Notes: generated from the letters alone by a model not told the origin. A stretch of DNA of 64,000 nucleotides from Tubiluchus corallicola (GCA_030141605.1 JAQGDQ010000080.1:372001-436000); one strand, 5' to 3'. Shown: positions 26,760 through 63,500, counted from the first letter of the stretch. Numbers and translations: made by a program.

Positions 26760-29700
26760 ACAAGTTTCTTACTTCTGATATCTATTGACTTCCAATACTC
26801 TCCATGTTTTCAGTGGGCTTTTGTGAAATCAAATTTCATACCACTGTCACATGGATTAAAAACTACTGCTTGATAAACAACATATATGTGTGGTAAAACA
26901 GCAATGTAGTTATTTATATTTATTATCCACGTGGTAGTATTGCATTGCATTGATTAAGTTACTGCATATTTTGCCAGTGTTCTAGCTTTTGTTGGCTGTT
27001 TTTATTCATTTTCATACGCATTAAGTGGTGCTATTACTGTGCCGCAAATTAAGTGAAAGTTTTCATTGCTGTTAACGTAGCAAGCACCTGATTTTACGTC
27101 TTGCTAGATATAGGACCTTTTATATAAAAACCAATTACTGGTATGTGCCATTTTTTACTAGTGTAAGTTGCAACTACTTAGCAACTTGTTGTTTTTTAGA
27201 CATTTTAAATTAGTTGCCATGGTATTGTGCTAAACAGTTATACAAAAGCTTTTAATGAACACCGATTTATATGACTGTTATAGATTTAGTATTAGATCAA
27301 AAATAAAAAACATTTTTAGTAAAAAGTGCATTCTTGTAAATTGCGTTACGTTGAATAGTAACACTTTACAGTCTGCTTTGCATGCTTAAATGCTACCATA
27401 CAAGTGAAACAAAGGTGTTGTAAGTTTTAAACACATTTTTTTAAAATGTTTTGGCAGTCTAAGCAAATTTTATGCACATACAGGATGTGTGCTTGCCAAG
27501 TTTTTATAATCTTGCATCATTAGATACATTGCTAATTTATTATTATTAGAATCTCTTCTTTTGTGATCTCATATCAAAACACCAGCATCATTTTTGAGCT
27601 TGAATTTTGTTTTACATGTAACTTATAATTATTTAATTTAGCTGCCCAACTTATTATTTTTATTATTTTAAATAGGTAGTCTTTTTGTGAAGTATAGTTT
27701 ATGGTTGTGTATAGTATCATGTGTGACCGTCTTGTGTGAATGTGCTTTTATTTCATGTATTATATTCCTATAACGTTTACACTGTTTAGTACTAGTCAAT
27801 GCACCGTCAACTGTTCACTCATTTAAACCATTATAATTGGAGCAAGCAGCCTGAATGTTTTAAACTAGTGCTGTAGAACATTGTAGTTCACTGTATGTAT
27901 TGATCCATAAATAACATTTTATGAAAACATACTAGAGTTGTAGAGAAGCTTAGGGAAGCTGTGTTCGGGTAGTGTGCGCGATCGAAAATTGGTTCAATTT
28001 CGATCCGCACCGATTGGATACAGTAAATTGACTGTTTGTATGAAAATATATTTCGATCAATGAATGTTTAGGCAAACGGCTGCAACTACATACTGAGTAG
28101 TATGCTGCGTCTAAAATTAGACACGTTCATAAAACCGATATGCACATGTTCAGCTGTATAGGCTGAATTCGAGAAAACTATATTTAGTGCCAAAATTCAA
28201 CTCTTCCACACTAGTATTTTAATGTCTGTCACAACTAGCTTAGCTGAATTGTATGAGCTTGAAGAATGGTTGTGGCTTTGCACATGTTAAAGCCATAATT
28301 TTGTTATGTTTCTGCCATGAATTCATTGATATTATTTACAAATGGTTTTAAAATGGACTTTTGTTTCTCGAATTTCGTTTCCAATTTTCAAGAAGAAGTA
28401 GCTGCTAAACTATTCATCGCAAGTATTTATTAGTCTTTCGAGACTAGTATCGTTAAGATCACCTAGCTAATTAGATAGACATGGTTATCATCAGCTAAAT
28501 TATCTTGGAGTTTATTCGCTAATTGATAAAAAATTTTATTGGCCTTTTCGCGATGGGGATGTTGTTATTCTTACATGGGAAAAGCTACGACTTTACATTT
28601 ACAGTTTAAACATGAACCTCTTTGAAATAGTCCTGCTGCGGATAACAAAAGAGCAAATTTTTCTTTTTGGAATTTTTTCCTGTCTTCATTATAAGCCAAT
28701 TTAGGTGATTAAGTTATTCGTTATAATTTATTTTTGAATATTTAACTAATTGACAGATTGTGAACATTTAAGACATCGTTGTTACTTTTCTTTTTACAAA
28801 TAATCAAGTGAAAGTTATATGCCTATATTCTGCATAAAATAGGATTTACAATTATTGAGAATAGCAGCTAAATAAGTGAGTAACAGCTTCTTGAATAAAA
28901 TCGCTCTGTTCAGTGTTGTTACAGTACAGATTTGCAGAACATTTTGAAAAAATGCATCTATTTTGTAGGTTGTATTTAGCTTGTGTTATCATGGAATTAT
29001 TGTAAGAGCATTAAATTGTTTTTTTTAATAATTATGTATGTTAGTAAAATTCTTGCCTGTATGATATATACCAGTTAGCATTTATATGCAGCACAAAGAA
29101 AATTTGCACCAATAATCGATAGTTTTTACTTGTACTTAATTTATACAGTTGCGGTTACATTGAAACTTGTTTGCCCTTGTCTGTTAGCTACAGACATTAC
29201 TGTGTTATAATTGTATTGTTGCGCTGTTTCATGAAGCTGATGTTTACTATTTGAAACTTTTTTTGAAAAATTGAAATTAAATCAGGTATTGCATTTGTGC
29301 GCAATATACCATTAATAATCCTTGCATTTTATTGCCCATTTTAGTGGCCTGTAGCTGCTGTACGTGTAGTTAAAATATTGTTCCGCAAATAGTCTTGTGG
29401 CATGTAACATATTTATGTATGTTGTTTTGGTATTGTATTACTCTAGCTAGCGTAAATTGTTTATGCACGTACATCATAGCTGCATAGCAGATGTGAGTAC
29501 AGTAACACCCGGAGTGGGAATTGTGTCTGTAGTAAATGTACTGCGTATAGGACACTATTTTCGTCTGTAAATGAAGCTGCATCACTTGTATAAATTAAAT
29601 GAGTGAAATTGAATCGCGTGGCGGTTTATACGTAAAACTCGGCAGCTTCTACGACCATTTTTACATTGAATGCTCCCCCTATAGCTCGTAGATGTACATC

Positions 29701-32700
29701 AGAACAGCGCTTGGTCTTGTAATAATCAAGCCTGTTATAAAAATTGTAATATGTAATGTAAATAGACTGTACTGCTAAACTGGCTGGCTGTGTTACGTGG
29801 TAGTTCCTGCAAGTTGTCTGACAGGGCGTGTAACTGCATGGATTAAATGTTCAATAATGTACTTAGCATGACTGTGTACGTTGTAAATTTCTAATGCTTT
29901 ACGTAAGACAATAATTGACAGTTGTTCCGTGCTGGTGATGTATTTTCAGAAGACCAGTTTTCTACGCAAACATGTTACACTTCACAAATTTACAGAGCTA
30001 TTTTAAATTGAGGCTAGCCCATTCTTTTCTTGAAATTGCCAAACAATAATTTCACTCGCAGTAATTGAGTACATGCATAAACAATGTTGTCTCATGTTAA
30101 AGTACTATTTAACAAATGTGTATTTAGTAACCCTGTTATACAGAGCTAGTCATATCTAACTGATGTACTAAAGCATACCAAAAAATATGGTTGTAGACCA
30201 GATACATTCATGATTTCGTACTGAAGAGTGTGAACTATGTTTGTCATTTCTGTAATAATTTGCATCTCCAGTTTTTGCTTATTATATACAATTATTTTGC
30301 AAAAAAATCTGCTTTGCAGAAAATGTGCCGAATTACTGTTAGATGCTAGCTACTTATAATACGTACACCCGAAAAAGTAAACAGGGTAATTAAATTAGAT
30401 GGAGCTAAACGAAGGCGTAGTACTTGTATTAAGTTTCGTGTATTTTTTTCGTACAGCCTATAATTAGTATAATGATGCTTGTAAAAGTTTACAACCCATA
30501 TATAAACATTGGTGTACTACTCGCTTCTTATTCTACTCGCCTGGAACCGCTGTCACTAGCTGTATGTATTTTTAAGTTATAATTCTTATTTTGCATTTTC
30601 TGTCAGTTTTATTGTATTGTAAATGTCTATCGTCTAGAGGAATCATTTCTAAACTTGCTTGCATTCCATATTTTCTTAACCCTGTTTGTGATTATGTAAC
30701 GCTGGCTATCACTGTAGTTGCCTTTTATCTACAGCATATAACGTATAGCGCTCAGTTCTACTTTACAATATCCTGTATGACTGTATATTTTATCCCTTAC
30801 GCAAACACCGAAGCAGCGCTAGTATAATTAATCAATAACAAAAATTCGAAATTATTCGCCGGCTATTAAGCAAAGAGCTGTATGTGTGTAAACTGGTTAT
30901 AGCCTAGCTGTACTGCTAAAATCTATACTGTAGCGTATGGAGCGAGTAGTATGGCAACGTTTAATTGGGAAATATGTCAGATTTATGTCACGGTTGTAGG
31001 CTGTGAGTCATTGTGTATAATGTATTACGTGTTGTGGTGAAAAAAATCAATAAATCTTCCACTGTTATGCAACTAGAATTCTGCCTTAGAAATTTATTAG
31101 CAGAGAAAGAATTGATGAATAATTTTCTTATAGCTGTAGAGAAGCGGCTGCTGGCTTCACCACTGATAGGCTGTTACGTAACGTTATTGATTAGGTCTTT
31201 CACATAAGCAGCAACAGCAATCGGTTTTGTATAATTATTTTTCAAACAAATTGGAACTCATTGTTAAAAACTTAATTGCTAAAATAATTTAAATGAACTA
31301 AATTGAAATAAATAATAGTTGCTTAGTCTTCGGTATAGGTCTGTCGTACTGTATATAGTGGAAATAATTATTACGGATACACTATTATTCTGTACGTCTA
31401 GCTACGTTGACGCAGTAATTGGTTAATTAATAATCAATACATAAATCAGCGCTCATAGCACTTGTGTAAATTGACCTGAAACTCGCTGGTTGATATTGTA
31501 CAATGGCGTTAAAAGTGGCGCAGCGCCTACTAATTTTTTTCCCAATTTAAATGCACCTTTAAAAATTGATTTAAATCAGTGGAATCAGCCCAGACTTACA
31601 GTGAATATGTGTAAAACGAACGATTATTGTCAAAGGCATTTTCGAATTAAAACAAAATTCTCACGAATTACCGCTTTCGTTTTCCCCATCGCCAACTGGT
31701 TCTCCCAAATTAATTTTAAAAATGGACTTGGTTTATGAAAAGGAAATTTTTTTACTGTATTCTTATAGTAAAGTATTAGTCAGTAATAGATGCCAATTGT
31801 TATGCGAAAGCAACACCTGATTTTTTTCATAATGTTTTGAGGGAGTAGATAATTGAAATTAATAGGTAATAATACACGTAGATGTCTATATAAAATATAA
31901 TAGGCAGTATTGGCACACATTTGGCAGTTTGCACTTCCTTCTTGAGAAATAAGTACACATGTATGGCCTCGAAAAGCAATTTTGTACAATGCCACGCCAA
32001 CCAAATGTTCAGTTACACAATATCATCGAATTTGTTTTTTAATACGCTGTTTAAATTATCTCACACTGATTTAAATCATAATAAATCCATAAAACAGGAG
32101 CAAGTGTTGAAATATATTGATTTGAATTATTTGGTGTTCAATGACAATTATTAAATGGGCTGCCAGCAGATGTCTTATAGGACTGTACATACAAGATTTA
32201 AAAGGCTAAAAAATGCACAATATTATATTAATATAAATCATATTTGCCCTGCGAAAATGAAAAGACTGGAAAATTTGCTTATCAAACATAATACAAAAGT
32301 TATGCATTAAAAGTCAGGAATTGAAACAATTAATTAAAAATTGTACAACAAAAATAGAGCAAAAAAACATGCCTAATAATTTCTACATAAATAAAACTAG
32401 GTTACAGGTTTATTTAAAGTTGCCAGACTTGTTTGATCCTATGCAACCTCACAAAATTATTTAACCACTTACAAAAAACTCACACTGCTTGATGATAAAT
32501 TGCGATATACCGGTTTTTTAGACTTTGCAGACGTCATCACAGTGTAGGTGTAAAATTATTTTTTACAAATGTAAGTTACTGCATTATTTATACAATATAA
32601 TTGGTTGGCTTTTACTGCTTACTTTTTAACTAGCTGCCACCTGCATAGCATTAATAAAGTTAACAAAATTTTATTTACCCAACACGTCAACTGTAGCACT

Positions 32701-33483
32701 TAAATGTTATAATGTGTATTACACATCGACTACCAGTGTCTTCTTAACGAAGTTTAATAAATACATAAACAGAGACAAATGTAACACGACAAAAACAAAA
32801 TTCATGAACTACAATTTTTTTACAAAACTGGCTGAGAATTTGTAGTGTGACAGAAATTTATCAACATACAAGAACAGTTGTTAATTGAACAAAATGGTGA
32901 AAACTGATGCGCACATTAAAATATTTGTTAAATTTCTTTTAATTCGATAGAGAAATAAAATAGCCAATTTAACATGACAGCTTAAATATATACATATATA
33001 TATACAGGATTATACATACATAATCCTTTTCAAGTTAAGCAGTAAGTGTATGTATTGGCAATTATAATTAACGACTAAAAAACTAAGAGTTTTAAATTTC
33101 AAATGGTCCCTCGATTAACATCAAGTAAAAATTGTATAAAATTGCTTTTTAATATAAATTACAAAGAACATTATATGTTTGCTGTATCACAAGTCACATG
33201 TATGATTTAAAGAAAAACATTTGGGAATAACATGTCCTGCATGTATTCAACAAATGCAATATGACAATACTAATATGACATAATGGCATCTAAAATACTC
33301 TGAACAAATCACGCCAAGCACACACTCAAATAATAACTTATTTAAAATATGTATTTCATATTTTTAAAAGTCTTGATCATAAACAAATATACCTTGATCT
33401 TCTGTGTAACTATTAGTTTTAATGGTCAATTTAACTTTTAAGTAACATAGCAACAAAGATGCAAGAAATGAAAATTTTTATCA

Positions 33484-56242
<22,759 letters not shown>

Positions 56243-56653
56243 GACTCTAGATTCAGACTGACAAGTGGCTAAAGAGGTCAACAGTTAGACAGCATTCGAG
56301 GTCTGGAACATTTTCCCCTAAAATAAAAAAAAAATTAAAATCACATTATAGCTTAGCGTGTATTTTAACTCATAACTTACAAGCTTCATTTTACAGCAGC
56401 CCAGTTTTTAGTTGATAACCCGAGTACCGAGTATTTTAGACATTAACGCACTAACATCATTTTAATTTTTACAAATTACACTTCAAACTTCAGTTTGATT
56501 TGCTGGCTTAACAATCTAGATCAAATAAATGAAGTCGTAAACTTTTTAAAACAAGTTAAACAATATTAGGGAATGCAACACATAAGTATTGGCTACTAGT
56601 TAAACCGACACTACAAATTTTTACTATCTGCCAAAAAATTAGTGACTTATACT

Positions 56654-57430
56654 GGGCGCCGAGTAATCCACTAGCCGAAGTAGCACAATTGGCGTACATG
56701 GGCTAGCCCAAGTAGGACACGTCGAACAGGGGCTAGCCCAAGTAGGACGCGTCGTAAATGGGCTGACCAAGTAGGACAATAGAAACACGTCGCGAATTGA
56801 GTTGTTAAGCGTACTGGCACCGTCCGTTGTCCTTGTTTATGGAATAACAATAATTAAAAACGTCAATATACGTTGAATAATTTATTATACATCTGATAAA
56901 TTGAAAGAGTTTTATTCTGAGCTAGAAGAATTAATATTTGCCAATATTAATCTTCTTTGAAGTGAAATAAGTGCACTTTTTCTACGATTCCAACATTTGT
57001 TTAAGGTATATCATTTTTATCTTGTCTTGCTTCATAGACAGGTAATCCTTTTCACTCCCTCTTGGACAAATAATGGTTTTCTACTAAGTAAACGGGTTAG
57101 CGAGTTATGTGCCCTACATAGTTTCTCTCTTTAAAGCAATAGATACTTAGTTTAATGTTATGATGATTTTAATGAAGCTAATAATAATGATGATATTGTT
57201 GCAAAAAATACATTTGTAAATTGTGAAGGACTATCCATCATTATTATAAAGTTACTTTCTTTCTAAAACAAATTTACTTTTATGTTTGAGTATGTCACAA
57301 ATCTCGATTCTCGACAGAAATCGCTGGTGTCCTACTTGGGCTGCCCATGTACGACACCGCTTTTCGGCAAATTTAGCACATGTGTTTTGCCGGAAGTGTC
57401 CTACTTCGGCTGGTGGATTACTCGGCGCCC
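56654..57430. mobile_element. Non-autonomous TIR DNA element with GGG termini and subterminal repeats (possibly Mutator-like)
   Basis: Left GGGCGCCGAGTAATCCACTAGCCGAAGTAGCACA; right end reverse-complements to GGGCGCCGAGTAATCCACCAGCCGAAGTAGGACA. Internal repeats gggctagcccaagtaggac occur three times on the left with inverted copies on the right. No clean TSD, so the superfamily is uncertain. Confidence 0.75.
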
Positions 57431-57559
57431 TACAACTTATGCAATGTGCAACCAGCACAATAAATATGCGAAATCTTATACACTATCGTTTCAGCGAAAA
57501 TCCATCGTCGAAATCTGAGGCACATGACGCACCTGGTAAAACCAAAGATGTCCCCAGGT

Positions 57560-60300
57560 GAGCGCTCGCTGATAAGGTAAAGAAGAAATGAAGAAAATGT
57601 ATGAACAAATACGAAAGCAAGTACAAAAAGCAAAAAATGAAAACCAGAAGTGCTTGCTGATAGGTGACTTTAATGCAAAAGTGGAAAATATTATCAAAGG
57701 TAATAATAGTAATAATGATGAAATAACTTGGCAAGGAAAAAAAGTTTAATGTTACTAAATTTGATTAAAAAAGGGAATCTAGTAATATTAAATGCAACTG
57801 AAGAATGCTCAGGAGTTTGGACCAGAGAAGAAGCTGGGACAAAAACCTGTTATTGATTATATTATAATAAGTGAAAATGATATAAATGCACGTAAGTTTA
57901 CATTTGTTGACTAACAAAACTGTATGGAATGTACAGAGTGACTGGTAGTAGTGAGAACGAAATTATGTATACAGACCACAATACATTATATAGTGAATTT
58001 GATTGGGTTGGCATTAGCAAAATGAAAAGAGGTAAAAGTGATGAAACAAAAAAGTTAGTAGTGTCTAATAAAAATAAAATGAAGAGATACAAAAATGAAA
58101 CTGATGATCAAAGATTTAGCAAAGTTTGGAGCAGTAACAAATAAATTCAGAGCAAATACGATGTGTGGATTAATCAAGCTGAGGCAGTAAGAGACAGTAA
58201 GAGCAAATAAATAGAATAAATAAAACTGGCGGTTAAGATAATTACAGTAAATGGAACAATTAACCAGCAGACGTTTTAGGAATTTAAAAAGTGCGTCGAT
58301 ATGCCTAAAATAGAAGGTATAGCAATGAAAGATAGCCAAGACAAGATCCAAGAGGATCCGGAAAAAATAAGATGATTTTTAAAAAAATATTATGAAGAAT
58401 TGCTAACTCCAACTCCGAGAGAGGATGAATATGAGCAAATGATAAAATCATGGGTTGAACGTTTTTTGTCCTATTCCCACAATATCATCAATGAATAATA
58501 ACATACCCACACGTACATTCCTGTCCAATAAACTCCCTGTTATCACCATCTCGTTAATCCGGTTTATTGCAGCACAACATAATAATGGTCCTAACACTGT
58601 TCCCTGCCAGACTATTTCATTTATTTCTATCTGGTCTTTTTTTACCTAATGGTGTTTCTGTGACGATTTCTGCAATTTTATTTAGTTTATATATCCCAAA
58701 AATTTCTCCTGGCGATATGCCCATCCTTCATAGTTCTGTCAATGCTTATTTCAACCACAACTTATCAAAACACTTTTCTATGTCACAAAAAATTATGTAC
58801 ATTTCATTTTTATAAAAACCTGTTATACTCTAACATTGCCCTCAAAGTGTATAGATGGTCATTGACACTTCTATTTTTTCTTCCGCTACATTGATGTTTT
58901 CTTCTAATGTAACTATTATTCTATTTTTGATCACTTTCTCCATCAGTTTACTGAAAATATATGTTATGAACAGCCCTCATCTATTTTTCATCTCTTTCTT
59001 GTCACCTTTTCCCTTATAAATTGATTTTATTTTCATTTGGGCCCATTGTTTCGGTATTTCCTTTTGCTTCATTGTTTCATTCAGCATTGCTACTATACTA
59101 TTGATAAATCCGTTCCCTGCTTCTTTGATCATTTCATTCTTCCATCCTTGCATGTCTGGAGCTTTTTTATTTTTTAATGATCGAACTGCTTCTTTCACTT
59201 CACTGTTAGTAATTTATTTTACTTCCTCCTTACTTGCCATTTGTTCAACATGTTTGAATAATCAAACAGATGATTAAAAACTGTGAAGAAATTGAAAGAA
59301 CCAAAAGATTAACATTCAATATGCAGAAGACACAATATATGAGAACCAACATGACACGAAAGAAAAGGATTCCAGTATTATGTGAGTCACTAAGAAACGG
59401 AGAGGTTAAGGAAGCAGAGGAATACCAATATTCAGGAGATTAGATTAACACAAAATGTAGTTATGAAACAATAATGGGAAAATGAACTGGGAAAAAAATG
59501 ATAATTAGTTACATCAATACAATAAGAAGTGAGCTGAAAGTGGGAGATTGCTCAATAGGGGTTAAACTAATGCTATACGAATTTCTTTCAGTGAGTGCAG
59601 TGCTAAATAGTTCTGAAGCATTTTCAAATTTGACAACAACTGATTGGGAGAAATTAGAAATGATTCAAGCAAATACTTTAAAAACCTTATTCAGTCTTAA
59701 CGAATCAACACCATACTGGGGATTAGTAGGCATATGGCCTCTAAGACATAAAGTGTATTATAGGAGACTGATGTTCTATCTGAATTTACTGATTAGTAAA
59801 CCGAAGAGATTAGCATCAGAGGTACTCGAAATGCAAATAAGCAGTGCACATGAAAGGTCATGGTATAATGAAGTAGTTGAGGCCGCAGAACAAAATGCTA
59901 ATAAAGAAAGGGTGAAGGTCATGAGAAAGTCTGAATGGAAAAAAGAAGTAAAGAGTGAGATTGAATGTTTTATAAAGAATGAATGTGCAGAAAATGCAGG
60001 AGCAGCGCTAAATTAAGATTTTTAAAACATACCGAGTGGAAACGACAAAATTACATAGACACATGCAAGCCAGTAGAGGTTAAAGATATATTAAAAGTAA
60101 GACTGGATATGATTAAAGTTAAAGAAAACTACAACAATGAGTTTACGGATCAGTTACTATGCCCAGTGTAGGGGAAAGATGATGATACCACTGAACATAT
60201 GCTTAAATGTGGCAGATATGGAGAATGGAAAAAAAATTGAACTCGGATATATTAATGAACAGTGAAAAAGAAGGGATTGCTAGAAATCACCCGCCTCTGA
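57560..60300 (+). mobile_element. Degenerate non-LTR retrotransposon (APE endonuclease + RT + C-terminal Cys/His motif) with an internal inversion at about 58461-59267
   Basis: Plus strand: VLLIGDFNAKV, VIDYIII, YTDHN (APE). Minus strand 58461-59267: AVRSLKNKKAP...IPKQW..MKIKSIYKGKG...FCDIEKCFDKLW...SLAG...LFIDDIVGIG (RT core). Plus strand resumes: RLTFNMQKTQYM ... SSEAFSNL...LEMIQ...PYWG ... CPV..DDDTTEHMLKC. Confidence 0.85.
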
Positions 60301-60399
60301 TAGGTGGAGAGAGTCGAGTATCGCAAAAACTGAACAGTAACTTGCCAGTAAGGTACGTTTCTTTACTATCGAGGAAGCAATGATTCGTGGAAAAGATGT

Positions 60400-61000
60400 A
60401 AATGAATTGGTAGCTCGTTAGACATTGAAGCCGACATACAATGAAGAAAAATTCTAACACTGTCTGTTTACTTAAATCTCACAACGGTTTTTGAAAATAA
60501 TAGACATTCTCTCGAAACCAGAGTCCAGATCCTTCCAACCTTAGTTGAACTTGTATTTTCATGCAGAGCTATGGATATTAAAAGTTAAACAGCAGAAGGA
60601 AATTGACGTTTTTCAAAGACGACTCCATATAAAATTACTAGGAGTTAAATGGCCAGACTGAAATCCAATGATGATCTATATGACGTGGTGAAGAAGAGTC
60701 CTTGGAGTAAACAAATCCAAGCAAGAAGATTCCATTGGATTGGGCAGCATGCACTAAGACTACGGTATCCCTAGAAACTCTTCTTCGTATAGTATTACGT
60801 AAAGCACTTGAAACGACAAGATGAGGTCTACTTACCTATATAGATATACTGCAAAAAGAAATAGCAAATACTACTCTAGATTTGAGGGACGATACATCGT
60901 AAGTGTTGGCGGTGGACACGAATGCGTGGGATCAACAGGTGGAGCATGTCGTGTTTTAGAATGTAGAAACACGTAGATAATGATGCTGAAGATCATGGCC
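60400..61000 (+). mobile_element. RTE-like LINE 3' fragment
   Basis: Frameshifted remnants IDVFQRRLHIKLLGVKWP..SNDDLY....PWSKQIQARRFHWIGQ, typical of an RTE-clade ORF C-terminus. Confidence 0.6.
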
Positions 61001-61794
61001 AAAATAATATCGCCGGGTTGACATCAAATTCTGACGGTTAAAAGTAAGCATAAGGTGCTCTGAAAACTAAACTCACATTAATCAACTTAATAAGAATGTT
61101 TATAATCACACTAAAAGAAAGGCTTAGAACACCCCTCTTAAACTTATTCACCATTAAAGAATGAGTCTTGGTCATGTTCATAGTAACAGTTATTAAATTG
61201 CCTATTAATTATATTATTATTCACGCTAACTGGCTAATTAATGCAAAGAAAGCGAACAAAAATGAACTACTGAGTCAGTTTAAGTCATATGGTATCCTAT
61301 TAAAGCATAAGAACACGCTTCACAAATATTTCAGAATTATCACCTTAAAAAATTTTATTACTTTACAGCAATTTTATGCGTATATCGTGCTCGCGGGGAA
61401 AGGAACATTTGAAATTTCCCGCAATACGCAAACGTAAATCAGGTATAAAAAAGGCGACGTTAAATTATGTCCAAAAAACTTTCCGTGCAAATCTATGTTA
61501 CTTAGCATTTCGCTTATCTGTTGGAAAGAATATTGCAACTAGAAATAATAATTTAAAATTTTGTGCCAATTAGCAAAATGTCGCGGGCTCACCCACCCAC
61601 CACTCACTAAACAAAAACGTATTTTTAATCTTATTGACAAGATACAGTAATTTAAAATTTTACTTAGTTGGTAACATGTGTGCTACGAATGCTCTAATTA
61701 TTTTTTCAAACTTTACTCAGTGTTATCCAAACTTGTTTTAAATGACCTACCATCAAAATAGCTGCGCCTAACGGAGTTTAACTTTACACGTTAC

Positions 61795-61814
61795 ATATAT
61801 ATATATATATATAT
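61795..61814. repeat. (AT)n microsatellite
   Basis: Directly visible. Confidence 0.9.
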
Positions 61815-62324
61815 GTAGACAATAATTCTACCATTAAAACCACAATAAGCGATATGCTTATGTTCTAAGAGTGGTTACTAAACGTCCCTGCTCTGCATTA
61901 TCACTGGATAGTATACTAATTAAATTATTTAAGATTAATTAAATTATAACTGAGATCAATCTCCTCTTGCCTCCTCCTCTATATGTTCCATGTTAATAAT
62001 GAAGTATATTAAGGGTCCTCAACGGTCAGATGCGTTAATAATGAGCTAATTACATTAGCTCATTATTATTGTGCTGGTTTTTTTAACTATTATTATGCCT
62101 TGTACATTGGTTGTTTCCATCACATTTACGCTAGTTTTTCTACCAAAAGATGCTGATAAATGTTTTTGGAATCTTTGTGTATGGCGCACGCGATTATCTG
62201 CAACGTTTTCATTTGCGTTAAAAATAATGCAATAAAGGGGTTGTTATAATTTATAAAAATTTATGTTCACGTTCATTTTGAATTCAAGTGTTGTATGTTT
62301 TCAGTCAAGTGATAGGCAGCAAAG

Positions 62325-62406
62325 ATAACAACGGCAACAACTGTGACAACGACAATGAAAACAACAACCACAACCACAACAGCTACAACAGCAACTACTA
62401 CTACAA

Positions 62407-62439
<33 letters not shown>

Positions 62440-62531
62440 CGACGACGACGACGACGACGACGACAACGACAATGGCAATGACAAAGACGCACAACGCAAC
62501 ATTTATGATATGCAATGACGATGACGATGAT
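62325..62531. repeat. Compound (AAC)n/(GAC)n/(GAT)n trinucleotide microsatellite
   Basis: Directly visible; explains the poly-V, poly-N/D, poly-C/R and poly-T ORFs at 62273-62555. Confidence 0.95.
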
Positions 62532-63500
62532 GAGCATACATACTCACACGATTAAGAACTTCAGTATCGGCAATGGCAACAACTACAACATCTTAGTAAT
62601 AAATTGTTTTCGCCAGTACAAGCAAGTGTGATGGCTTATATAAGTGTGACTCATGTTGGGGGTGTTTGTACGGGGCCCAATCACTGCACTATGCTTCCTT
62701 CATGCGCCATACAAAAGTTTGGCTTCATCAGCACATCCTACAGAATTTATCTTAAGCAGAAACTGATATGCTTGAGCCTGCTTATGCAGAATACACTGCT
62801 CAAGGCGTCTCCTCATTTCTTGGCTGAGTTATTTAAAGTTACAAACAAAGCAGACGGTCGACATTTCGATTCTACCACAGTGCTGCTGTGAGCATAAAAT
62901 TATCTCCTCAAAGTTTCTTCTTAAGACGGTAAGTAGACGGCGGAGTATTTTACGTATCTAAAATTGCAGATATGATACGCATATTTCCAGTCAGTTTTTT
63001 TATTTAAGAACGTTTACCTAAAAGAACACTTCGGCAATATCTCGCATCCAAAGGCATGACATTACAAACGTAGTCGTGCATGTCTGAGTATAGCTGGGCA
63101 GAATGGTTTGAATTATTGGGTAGTAATTTCGAATTGTCGAAAGTAATTTAGCTAAAATTGATCTGTAATTTTGATATTTTTTAATGTTGTTACAATGGCA
63201 TTTAATATTTTTGATCAATGTTCGATCATATGACTACATACACAACTGTTTGTTAGAGGCACGTCTGTCTTAGTTAGAAAAACAACTTAACAGGGCGTCA
63301 TGACTCAGCACGTTATTGCATCCTTTAAAGTTATAGCATTTTATTTTGGTTAGCTTCGTAATCACACTCATTTACATTTTCTGCAGAGCCAAAGAAACAC
63401 ATTTTAGTTGGCTGAATTTACTTGGATAAAGCAACCCGTCATCTTTGTCACCGAATGATTCTTCTATTTGAGCTCTTAAGTTCTTAAGAAACGCCTCACA

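Noticed and set aside
56690-56780. Short direct repeats with spacers (gggctagcccaagtaggac) that superficially look CRISPR-like
   Set aside because: Only three units with spacers of about 10 nt, inside the TIRs of a eukaryotic DNA element; no cas genes.
62273-62555. Poly-Val, poly-Cys/Arg, poly-Thr and poly-Asn/Asp ORFs
   Set aside because: Frames of a compound trinucleotide microsatellite.
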